This document shows, piece by piece, positions 9,111-17,096 of a DNA stretch of 19,489 nt. A program made the translations under genes and the position numbers. The notes under the pieces were generated by a model that was given only the letters and a program-made list of their open reading frames with translations, did not search any database and was not told the DNA's origin. The stretch comes from Armatimonadota bacterium (GTDB lineage Bacteria; Armatimonadota; Armatimonadia; Armatimonadales; Armatimonadaceae). Position 1 is the stretch's first letter; every line of letters starts with the position of its first letter. The stretch lies in NCBI GenBank assembly GCA_043754515.1, contig JAYUUO010000010.1, positions 1 to 19,489 on the forward strand, read 5' to 3'.

Positions 9111-9201
9111 TGATCTTGCTCCTTGTAACCGGATCGTACTACCAGGAACGGGCGGGGAGCGGAAACGAACCCTTATGCTCATCTCCGCTCCCCGCCCGAG
9201 C

Positions 9202-10605
9202 CTACTTCGTCACTTCGCGCACATCCACGAGTCGGCCCGCGATAGCCGCCGCCGCCGCCATCACGGGCGAGACGAGGTGCGTGCGCCCGCCCTTTCCCTG
9301 GCGCCCCTCGAAGTTGCGGTTCGACGTGGATGCGCAACGCTCGCCGGGTTGCAATATATCCGGGTTCATGCCCAGACACATCGAGCAACCGGGTTCGCGC
9401 CACTCGAAACCGGCGGACAGGAACACCTTATCCAGTCCCTCCTCCTCGGCCTGACGCTTCACCGGGTAGGAGCCGGGGACACACAACGCGCGTAGTCCCG
9501 CCTTTACTTTTTTGCCCGCCAGTATCGCCGCCGCCGCACGCAAGTCCTCGATGCGGCCATTCGTGCAGGAACCGATGAACACCGTATCCAGCACGATGTC
9601 GGTGATCCTTTGCCCCGGCGTCAATCCCATATATTCCAGTGCTCGCTCTACGGAGCGTCGGTCGGCGGGGTCGGCGTATTCGGACGGGTGCGGTACCGAG
9701 CCTGTTATCGGGGCGACCTGTCCGGGCGAGGTCCCCCAGGAGACGTGCGGCGCGATCTCGTCGGCGTGGAGTGCGATCTGTGTGTCGAAGGTCGCGCCCT
9801 CGTCGGTACGCAGGCCTTCCCATGCCGCGATGGCCTCGTCCCAAGCCGCGCCCGTCGGGATATGGGGACGGCCCGCGAGGTACGCCCACGTCTTCTCGTC
9901 CGGCGCGATCATCCCCGCCCGTGCCCCGGCCTCAATGCTCATGTTGCACACCGTCATGCGCCCCTCCATCGAAAGAGCGCGAATCACCTCGCCCGCGTAT
10001 TCGACTACGTAGCCGGTCGCGCCGTCGGTACCGATCTTGCCGATGATGGCGAGAATGACATCTTTCGCGGTCACGCCCGGCCCGAGTTTGCCGTCCACCG
10101 TGATGCGCATTGTTTTGGGAAGTGACTGCGGCAGACACTGCGTGGCGAGCACATGCTCCACCTCCGACGTCCCGATGCCGAAGGCGAGCGCGCCGAACGC
10201 GCCGTGCGTGGAGGTATGGGAGTCGCCGCAGACGATGGTCATCCCCGGTTGCGTCAGGCCGAGTTCCGGCCCGATCACATGTACGATCCCCTGCTTGGGG
10301 GAATGGATGTCGTAGAGCGTGATGCCGAACTCGCGGCAGTTACTTGCTAGCGTCTCCATCTGGAGACGGGAGATGTCATCCGCGATCGGCAGGGAGCGGC
10401 TGGTCGTCGGGACGTTGTGATCCATCGTCGCGACGGTCCGCGCCGGGCGGCGCACGGCACGGTCGGTGAGGCGTAATCCCTCGAACGCTTGCGGCGAGGT
10501 GACTTCATGAACCAGATGTAGGTCTATATACAGGAGCGCGGGCTGTCCGGCCTCCTCGCGAACGAGATGGGCGTGCCATATCTTCTCAAACAGCGTCTTC
10601 GGCAT
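9202..10605 (-). CDS. leuC: 3-isopropylmalate dehydratase large subunit
   Basis: [75 protein letters not shown]. Confidence 0.97.
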   Translation of the reverse strand: MPKTLFEKIWHAHLVREEAGQPALLYIDLHLVHEVTSPQAFEGLRLTDRAVRRPARTVATMDHNVPTTSRSLPIADDISRLQMETLASNCREFGITLYDIHSPKQGIVHVIGPELGLTQPGMTIVCGDSHTSTHGAFGALAFGIGTSEVEHVLATQCLPQSLPKTMRITVDGKLGPGVTAKDVILAIIGKIGTDGATGYVVEYAGEVIRALSMEGRMTVCNMSIEAGARAGMIAPDEKTWAYLAGRPHIPTGAAWDEAIAAWEGLRTDEGATFDTQIALHADEIAPHVSWGTSPGQVAPITGSVPHPSEYADPADRRSVERALEYMGLTPGQRITDIVLDTVFIGSCTNGRIEDLRAAAAILAGKKVKAGLRALCVPGSYPVKRQAEEEGLDKVFLSAGFEWREPGCSMCLGMNPDILQPGERCASTSNRNFEGRQGKGGRTHLVSPVMAAAAAIAGRLVDVREVTK

Positions 10606-10658
10606 AGCAGGGCTTCTTTCACGCCCGGCTAGCCGGGCGAAACGGATTCTATGTCGTG

Positions 10659-10725
10659 ATTATACGCCATGCGCGCTGCCTAAGTCCAACTGATAACTTC
10701 CATATAGTTGATAGGTTTTACCTAT
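10659..10725 (-). promoter_or_regulatory. leuC promoter with upstream LysR-type (T-N11-A) boxes
   Basis: Minus strand TATAAT at 10659-10664; dyad ATAGG-tttta-CCTAT at 10711-10725; second T-N11-A at 10694-10706. Confidence 0.55.
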
Positions 10726-10779
10726 GAAAAAGCAGCATATTCGCGTCTGCGGCGCACATGCGCTCAGGCCAGGGCGCGA

Positions 10780-12180
10780 CTATCGCGCCGCCGCGACGGT
10801 GATTACCGAACAACCCATCGCGGAAGATACTTCCCTAACGGACGCGGCGGCTCGCCTCAGGAGCGGCGCGGGCGCGAACTCCCCGCCTCGTGCCACCGTG
10901 AGCAGTTCGTTCACGGAGCGGCCTGCATTGGGATATACGGCGACGCCGACGCACGCGACAAACTCCTCGCCCTCGGCGGCACCACAGGCGATCAGAATAT
11001 CTTCGAGGCGGGTAGCCGTCTCCCGCGCCTGCGTGTCATTTTGTTGCGGCATGAACAGGACGAAGTCGTCGGGCCGTCCGTCCACTCTTCCCGCCACATC
11101 CACTTTGCGGATCGCCGCGCTTACGGTTTGCCCGATCCGGTGGAGGAGTGCCTCGCGGCGCAACCCGCGTTCCGGCACCCCCCCCAGCGAGATGTAAAGT
11201 AGCGCGCACTCTCGGTTTTCCCGCGCCGACCGTGCCAAAGCCTCCCCGAAGCGCGCGGTCGCGTATGATGGGGCTAGTAGCCCGGTGCTAGGACAGGTGA
11301 GGGTGGAGGGGGCGGACTGGGCGCGGGTGCGATCCCGCACCTCCGCGTCGCCCATAATGCGCTTAAGTTTCCCAGTGGCGTTCTTGAGGATGTGCGACAC
11401 GTAGTTGCAGGAGATGCCGAACTGTTTGGCGATCTCGGTCTGGCTGTGGTCTTGGTAAAAGAACTCGAACAGCACCTTCTGCTCCAACTCCTTAAGCTTC
11501 AGCACCGCGTTCTCCAGCACGATCCGATCTTCTATCGGCAATTGCAACGTGACGTACTTGTCCGATCGTATCTTCTCCGGGTCAACGAGACCGATGGTAG
11601 CGTCGCCGTCCTCGGCCGCCGACCCAAAGGCGGAGACCTGGAAGGTCTGGCGAGTCGAGATTATCTCGTCAACCGCCTCCTCCGTCAGGTTTAGGACACG
11701 CGCGACTTCCTCCGTCTGTGGGGCGCGACCGAGTTCCACGGTGAGCGCGTCGGTAGTGCGCGATATCTTGACGGAGATCTCATGGAGCCACGCCGGCTCC
11801 TTGATTATCTTGCCCCTGTCTCGGAGGAAGTGACGGATGGCACCGGCGACGAAGTGGGTGGCATAGGTGCTAAACTTGATCTTCCGTTGCGGCTCTTTTT
11901 GCGCAGTGCGCTCCGGGTCGTAGTGGTCGAGCGCGGACAGGAGGCCCAGGAAGCCTTCCTGCACTAGATCCTCGAACGGCTCGCCCGAGCCGACGAAGCG
12001 ACGCGCGATGGATTCGACGAGGGGTGTGTGGTAGTGGGCGATCTTTGCTTTCAGTTCGGATAGGGTCGGGGTCGCTGTCGGCGCGGCTTCGCCGCGATGC
12101 CGCGCGACATACTCACACAGGCACGCAGTGACCTGTAACTCGTTCCGTTCACCCGATAATACGCTGGTTTTTGAAGACAT
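10780..12180 (-). CDS. SigB/SigF/SigG-type sigma-70 factor fused to a C-terminal degenerate GGDEF-like domain
   Basis: Region 2 (LVESIARRF...EPFEDLVQEGFLGL..A.D.YDP...KFSTYA....GAIRHFLRD), region 3 (ELGRAP..EEVA), region 4 HTH (SQTEIAKQFGISCNYVSHIL), then TCPSTGL...ALLYISL...IRKVDVAGRVDGRPDDFVLFMP...CVGVAVYP. Start at ATG 12180 or GTG 12219. Confidence 0.85.
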   Translation of the reverse strand: MSSKTSVLSGERNELQVTACLCEYVARHRGEAAPTATPTLSELKAKIAHYHTPLVESIARRFVGSGEPFEDLVQEGFLGLLSALDHYDPERTAQKEPQRKIKFSTYATHFVAGAIRHFLRDRGKIIKEPAWLHEISVKISRTTDALTVELGRAPQTEEVARVLNLTEEAVDEIISTRQTFQVSAFGSAAEDGDATIGLVDPEKIRSDKYVTLQLPIEDRIVLENAVLKLKELEQKVLFEFFYQDHSQTEIAKQFGISCNYVSHILKNATGKLKRIMGDAEVRDRTRAQSAPSTLTCPSTGLLAPSYATARFGEALARSARENRECALLYISLGGVPERGLRREALLHRIGQTVSAAIRKVDVAGRVDGRPDDFVLFMPQQNDTQARETATRLEDILIACGAAEGEEFVACVGVAVYPNAGRSVNELLTVARGGEFAPAPLLRRAAASVREVSSAMGCSVITVAAAR

Positions 12181-12248
12181 AATCTCTCGTGTTTCCTTGG
12201 CGCGTAGCCCGCGCGGCACGCGTCACTTCCTACTCAACCCAATGCCCT

Positions 12249-12266
12249 TGCATTTTCCTTGCCAAA
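12249..12266 (-). promoter_or_regulatory. Putative sigma54 (-24/-12) promoter for the sigma-GGDEF gene
   Basis: Minus strand TTTGGCAAGGAAAATGCA, GG-N10-GC spacing. Confidence 0.5.
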
Positions 12267-12322
12267 CACCCACGGAGATTATCGGAAATAATAACTTTTT
12301 TTGCATGGCTGAATAGGACCCA

Positions 12323-12339
12323 CGGCATAAAAACCGCAT
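12323..12339 (+). promoter_or_regulatory. Weak putative sigma54 promoter for pilT-pilC
   Basis: CGGCATAAAAACCGCAT, GG-N10-GC spacing but CCGC rather than TTGC. Confidence 0.3.
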
Positions 12340-12478
12340 AATTACCTGGTACCGTATTGTCATGCCCGGCGCGGCGTAGTTCCCTGATGAGTGGGAGCCT
12401 ATCTACCGAAAATATCGTGGCGGTAACCCGCCGCCTCGGCGGGGTGCGGCCCGTACCGGCTTGAAGGAGAATGTTTAG

Positions 12479-13789
12479 ATGAACCCGGCTTCCCTTATAT
12501 CTGATGATGATCTGGTTCTGTTACCGACGAGCGGGCGCCCGCGCGTCCCCGGCCTGACGGGGAATGGCAGTGTCGCGCCCGCCGTCTCGTCGGACGACGC
12601 CCAACTCCTGCGGGGGCTTCTGGAGGACGGGCCGCTCCCCACGCCCAAAGTCGGCGGTGCCTCCCGCCCCGCGCAGGGGTCCGGGTTCGGGCTCGATGAC
12701 ATGGAGGAAGTACGCTCCCTCCCTCTGAGCGAGACGCACATAGACGACATTCTACGCGTTAGTCAGCAACTCAAATCTTCGGACATACACATCACCGTGG
12801 ATCTGCCGCCGATGTACCGCATTGACGGAAAACTTACCCCCTCGAAATGGGAACTGGTAACGCAACGGGAGGCGCAACGTATCGTCTATGACATCCTCAC
12901 CTCGGATCAGATCGAGCGGTTCGAGCGCACCAAGGAGTTAGACTTCTCGTACGGCGTCGCGAACGTAGGGCGGTTCCGCTTCAACGTGTATCGTCAGAAG
13001 GGGAACGTCGGCTTCGCGATGCGCGCCATCCCGGCGACCATTCCTTCTATTGACCAGTTGCGACTCCCCTCCATCCTGAAAGAGCTGACCCGGAAGCACT
13101 CCGGCCTGATCCTCGTCACGGGCCCGACCGGCTCCGGGAAGTCCACCACCATCGCCTCAATGATTGATGTGATCAACTCGGAGAAGTCAATTCACATCAT
13201 GACGATGGAGGACCCCATCGAGTATCTGCACAGCCATAAAAAATCGATGGTGAATCAGCGCGAAATAGGGCAGGATACCGAAGGGTTTCACAACGCGATG
13301 CGCGCCGTCCTGCGCGAGGATCCAGACGTCATCCTGGTCGGCGAGATGCGCGACAAGGAAACCATCGCGGCCGCGCTCACGCTGGCGGAGACCGGACACC
13401 TAGTCTTCGGCACGCTCCATACACGGAACGCCCCACAGACGATTGACCGCGTCGTGGATGTCTTTCCGCCGGATCAGCAGGATCAGATCAAGGTGCAGTT
13501 GTCTAACTCGCTCGAAGCGGTGGTCGCGCAACAGCTCCTGCCGATGCTCGGCGGCGGGCGCATCGCCGCGATCGAGATTATGATCGCGACATCCGCGATT
13601 CGGAACCTGATCCGCGAGGGGAAATCGTACCAGATCACCTCCTCCATCGAGACCGGGGCGCAGTACGGGATGCAACCGATGGATAAGGTGCTCGCCGACA
13701 TGCAGAAAGCCGGCATGATCTCGTATGACGAAGCGATCACACGCGCGATTGACCGCGACAACTTCCTGCGTCTGTCTAAGGGCATATAG
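12479..13789 (+). CDS. pilT: Type IV pilus retraction ATPase PilT with an N-terminal extension
   Basis: SDIH, GRFRFNVYRQ, Walker A GPTGSGKST, EDPIEY, REDPDVILVGEMRD, AETGHLVFGTLHT, PilT signature AIRNLIRE; RBS GAAGGAG. Confidence 0.93.
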   Translation: MNPASLISDDDLVLLPTSGRPRVPGLTGNGSVAPAVSSDDAQLLRGLLEDGPLPTPKVGGASRPAQGSGFGLDDMEEVRSLPLSETHIDDILRVSQQLKSSDIHITVDLPPMYRIDGKLTPSKWELVTQREAQRIVYDILTSDQIERFERTKELDFSYGVANVGRFRFNVYRQKGNVGFAMRAIPATIPSIDQLRLPSILKELTRKHSGLILVTGPTGSGKSTTIASMIDVINSEKSIHIMTMEDPIEYLHSHKKSMVNQREIGQDTEGFHNAMRAVLREDPDVILVGEMRDKETIAAALTLAETGHLVFGTLHTRNAPQTIDRVVDVFPPDQQDQIKVQLSNSLEAVVAQQLLPMLGGGRIAAIEIMIATSAIRNLIREGKSYQITSSIETGAQYGMQPMDKVLADMQKAGMISYDEAITRAIDRDNFLRLSKGI

Positions 13790-13899
13790 GACAGACGGCG
13801 CGGCTGGGGGCGACACGGGGGAAAGGGCGACCGGAGAACCATCGCGTTCGGGGCGACGCCCGCAGATGGGGTTCGAGAAATATTTGAAGGGAAACACAC

Positions 13900-15108
13900 A
13901 TGGCTACATTTACTTACGAGGCGATTGATTCTATAGGGCGGCAGGTCAAATCCTCTATCGAGGCGGAGACGGAGCAACAGGTACTCTCTAAACTGCGCGA
14001 GCAGAAATTCAGCATTCTGTCGGTTCAGGAACGCAAGAGTAACGTCTTCAGCATGAAAGCGACCTACGGCGGCCCAAAACTGGTGAGCATCGTCGTCTTC
14101 TCGCGGCAGTTCGCAACCATGATTGACGCCGGTATTCCGGTGTCGAAATGCCTGGATATTCTCGAAGCGCAGACGAAAGACGTGCCGCTCAAGAACGCGG
14201 TGAACCAGGTGCGCAAGGATATCAAGGCGGGGTCGAACCTGGGTGACGCTCTGGGGAAACATCCGTCCTGTTTCAGCCGCCTGTATGTGAACATGATCAA
14301 GGCGGCGGAGATCGGCGGTATCCTGGATAACATACTGGACCGTTTGGCTACCTTTCTGGAGAAGGAGATGGAGATCAAGCAGAAGATTACCGCCGCGATG
14401 ATCTACCCGATCATCGTCCTCATTTTCTCCGTGCTGATGATTTTCGCCCTGTTCGCCTTCGTCCTGCCGCGCTTCAAAGAGATATTCCAGGACATCAAGG
14501 TGGAGTTGCCGGTCACCACCCAGGTGATGTTTAGCATTTCGGACTGGATCGTCCACGTCGGCTGGTTCGCGATCCCCGCGATCAGCGTCGCTACCTTCCT
14601 TGCGTTCCGCCAGTACTATAAGACGCCGGGCGGTCGTATGCAGTTGGACATGGTAAAACTGAAGTTCCCGCTCATCGGCGACATGGTCTTGAAGATGTCC
14701 GTCTCACGCTTCTCCCGTACTTTCGGGGTGCTAATCGCGGCGGGCGTGCCGATGATGCGCGCGATGGAAATCATCGGCGAGACGGCGGGGAACGCGGTGC
14801 TGACGAAGGCGATCAACGATGCCCGCTCTGCCATCCGGGACGGGCAACGTATCTCCACCCCGCTCGCCGCCTCCGGCCTGTTCCCGCTCATGGTGACGCA
14901 CATGATTGACATCGGCGAGGAGACCGGGCGGCTGTCGGAAATGCTGACCAAAGTCGCCGACTTCTACGACAAGGAAGTAGACGCGCAGGTCAAGGGATTG
15001 ACGAGTATTATCGAGCCGATGTTGATCGTTTTTATGGGCGTCATCGTCGGGTTCATCGCCATCTCCATCATGGGGCCGATGTTCAAACTAGTGTCGTCTA
15101 TCAACTAG
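13900..15108 (+). CDS. pilC: Type IV pilus platform protein PilC (T2SS F family)
   Basis: MATFTYEA, FSRQFATMIDAG, YVNMIKAAEIGG.L, AMIYP, GEETGRL..ML.KVADFY, IEP; transmembrane segments. Confidence 0.93.
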   Translation: MATFTYEAIDSIGRQVKSSIEAETEQQVLSKLREQKFSILSVQERKSNVFSMKATYGGPKLVSIVVFSRQFATMIDAGIPVSKCLDILEAQTKDVPLKNAVNQVRKDIKAGSNLGDALGKHPSCFSRLYVNMIKAAEIGGILDNILDRLATFLEKEMEIKQKITAAMIYPIIVLIFSVLMIFALFAFVLPRFKEIFQDIKVELPVTTQVMFSISDWIVHVGWFAIPAISVATFLAFRQYYKTPGGRMQLDMVKLKFPLIGDMVLKMSVSRFSRTFGVLIAAGVPMMRAMEIIGETAGNAVLTKAINDARSAIRDGQRISTPLAASGLFPLMVTHMIDIGEETGRLSEMLTKVADFYDKEVDAQVKGLTSIIEPMLIVFMGVIVGFIAISIMGPMFKLVSSIN

Positions 15109-15114
15109 CCTCGT

Positions 15115-15148
15115 GGGGCGGGAGATGATCCGCTCTCCCGCTCCTTTC
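15115..15148 (+). terminator. Putative terminator hairpin after pilC
   Basis: GGGGCGGGAGA-loop-TCTCCCGCTCC followed by only a short TTT. Confidence 0.5.
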
Positions 15149-15217
15149 CCATCCCACCGCCACGGCGGACGCGGTAATTCCCCTCCTGATCCCCGGCGAG
15201 TGTTGAATATCTTACTA

Positions 15218-15233
15218 TGGCACGGTTCTTGCT
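15218..15233 (+). promoter_or_regulatory. Consensus sigma54 promoter upstream of the first matrixin gene
   Basis: TGGCACGGTTCTTGCT matches TGGCACG-N4-TTGCW. Confidence 0.7.
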
Positions 15234-15323
15234 TGTGAACGGGTAATGGCGCGGGTATCATCGTAGTGGCACGCAACAAAACGTTCCCATACTCATAGTC
15301 CGCTTTTGCTGGGAGTTGCCTTG

Positions 15324-16199
15324 ATGTTCAGACCAGAAAAAAAAATTACGAAGGCTTTCCCCCTCCTCGGGGCACGCTCGGGGCTCACTATCCTCGGTGC
15401 TTTTGCCGTCCTTATATCCCTCCTTGCTGGTTGCGGCGGGTCGGGCGGGGGCACACCTGTGGCGACTCCGACGCCAACCCCTACGCCTGTCGCGCCCCCG
15501 ACTCCGGTGCCGCCCGCGGCCGGTAGCGCGCTGGATCGCACGATGCGGTCGAACTTCTCCCCGAATTACATCCCGAGCGACGCGAGCCGGTATCTGCGCT
15601 GGGCGGACAACAAAAAACTGCGCGTATTTATTCACGCGGGAGTCAACAACATCAAGGATAATGTCCCGGCACCGACGTTACCGGATGACGCCGTCCGCGC
15701 CCTCGTTCGCCAATCGCTCGACCTGTGGACGGCGCAGACCGGGGGAGATTTCCTTTTCACGCTGGTGGACGACGTGGCGAACTCAGACATCGAGATCTAT
15801 TTCGTGACCGATGTTCGCCGTCTGAACGGCACGACTTCCAGCGGTCTGGGCGTGACCAACTACTCGTTCTTTTACCCGGATGTAACCGACACGGCGCACG
15901 CGGTATTGAAAAAATCGGTCATTCAGGTGAGGGCGGATCAGAGTGCCGATGGACTCCTGGACGTCACTGCCCACGAATTCGGCCACGCGCTCGGAATCGA
16001 AAAGCACAGTCTGGATGATAATGACCTGATGTTCGCGACGAGCATCCCCCCGGCCGCGATTACCCAGCGCGACCAGAACACGCTCTTTTACCTGTACTAC
16101 TCGCCGACTGCACTCGGCGGTGCCTCGAAAGCGGCGCGTGGTCGGCACGGGGTGTATATCAGTGAGCTAATATGCGGTGACCGGACGCGGGGACACTAG
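15324..16199 (+). CDS. Lipoprotein matrixin-like (M10/metzincin) metalloprotease
   Basis: Signal with lipobox LLAGC, Pro/Thr linker TPTPTPTPVAPPTP, zinc motif HEFGHALGIEKH, Met-turn DLMF; RBS GGGAG before ATG 15324. Confidence 0.85.
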   Translation: MFRPEKKITKAFPLLGARSGLTILGAFAVLISLLAGCGGSGGGTPVATPTPTPTPVAPPTPVPPAAGSALDRTMRSNFSPNYIPSDASRYLRWADNKKLRVFIHAGVNNIKDNVPAPTLPDDAVRALVRQSLDLWTAQTGGDFLFTLVDDVANSDIEIYFVTDVRRLNGTTSSGLGVTNYSFFYPDVTDTAHAVLKKSVIQVRADQSADGLLDVTAHEFGHALGIEKHSLDDNDLMFATSIPPAAITQRDQNTLFYLYYSPTALGGASKAARGRHGVYISELICGDRTRGH

Positions 16200-16370
16200 T
16201 GTCGGCGGAGTCGGTACTTCTCCGTGCCGATTTCTCCTCCAGAAAACGCGAGCATTGACCGATAATGATGAGGTAAACATAAGTATGCCGTGGATTATTC
16301 ATTTCGCCTTTCTTGCTCCGTCAGGGTAGTTCGTGCACATATTCTAAGATCGCTCAACGAGGTTATTCAA

Positions 16371-17093
16371 TTGATCGCACGCAAATTGTTCCCGAGTTCG
16401 TTCGCGTCGGCACCGCGCCGTTCCGTAATCGCATCCGCTGTCGCCGTCAGCCTTCTACTGGCGGGGTGTGGGGGCGGTGCCACTGGCGGGTCTTCCGCGC
16501 CCGTGGCATCCGATAGCCGCGCGTCTTTACCCGACGCCGTCTCCCGGTCGTTCGCTCCGAACTACGATTCACGGATTGAGTCGCACGGGATCTGGCGCGG
16601 CAGGACGCTCCGCGTCTTCTTTCCAGGGGACGCCGATGCCGCGGTGGGTTCCGCCGCCCTAACGCGCTGGGAGGAGGCGACCGGCGGGTTCTTCCACTGG
16701 GAGCGCGCCCCGACGTCCGACACCGCGCAAGTCTCCTTTAATCTGGTCGGGACGGACACCTTCGAGCCGGGCGTGGTCGGCAAGACGCATTACGCGTACG
16801 ACGCGTCTAAGAACGAGTTGACGAGTGCCGATGTGCGGATAGCCCGGTCTGGCCCTGTCTCGGATCAGGTCGCGACCGCCGTTCACGAGCTCGGCCATGC
16901 TTTGGGTATTCACGGCCACAGCGATGCTACCTCGGATATGATGTTCGCCTCGCTCACCTCGCAGAGCGTAATCACGGAGCGGGACTTGAATACGTTATTT
17001 TACCTGTACCGCGATTCCGAGTCCGGCGTAGTAACTCCAGGACGCGCCGTGCACATGATCAACGTCACGATCGAATGCGGCGCGTCCCGGTAG
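16371..17093 (+). CDS. Second lipoprotein matrixin-like metalloprotease (paralog)
   Basis: Lipobox LLAGC, HELGHALGIHGHS, DMMF, IT.RD.NTLFYLY shared with the first copy; start placed at TTG 16371 after RBS GAGGT (ORF track starts at 16290). Confidence 0.85.
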   Translation: MIARKLFPSSFASAPRRSVIASAVAVSLLLAGCGGGATGGSSAPVASDSRASLPDAVSRSFAPNYDSRIESHGIWRGRTLRVFFPGDADAAVGSAALTRWEEATGGFFHWERAPTSDTAQVSFNLVGTDTFEPGVVGKTHYAYDASKNELTSADVRIARSGPVSDQVATAVHELGHALGIHGHSDATSDMMFASLTSQSVITERDLNTLFYLYRDSESGVVTPGRAVHMINVTIECGASR

Positions 17094-17096
17094 CCC

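Noticed and set aside
12384..12412. Hammerhead-ribozyme-like core CTGATGAG...CGAAA upstream of pilT
   Set aside because: Stem II needs an extra bulged C before GAAA, and no stem I or stem III with a correctly placed NUH site could be built; likely chance. An Rfam/Infernal scan would settle it.
13790..13899. GC-rich pilT-pilC spacer with three GGGCGAC copies and a possible hairpin; considered as a riboswitch or CRISPR remnant
   Set aside because: Repeats are only 7 nt, irregularly spaced, and match no riboswitch consensus I can recognise
13483..14556. 357-aa antisense ORF over pilT/pilC and many other overlapping ORFs in the track
   Set aside because: Shadow ORFs expected in GC-rich coding DNA; no recognisable motifs
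15337..15345. A9 run at the start of matrixin 1 as a phase-variation tract
   Set aside because: Explained by Glu-Lys-Lys-Ile codons in a signal peptide n-region; in frame and short
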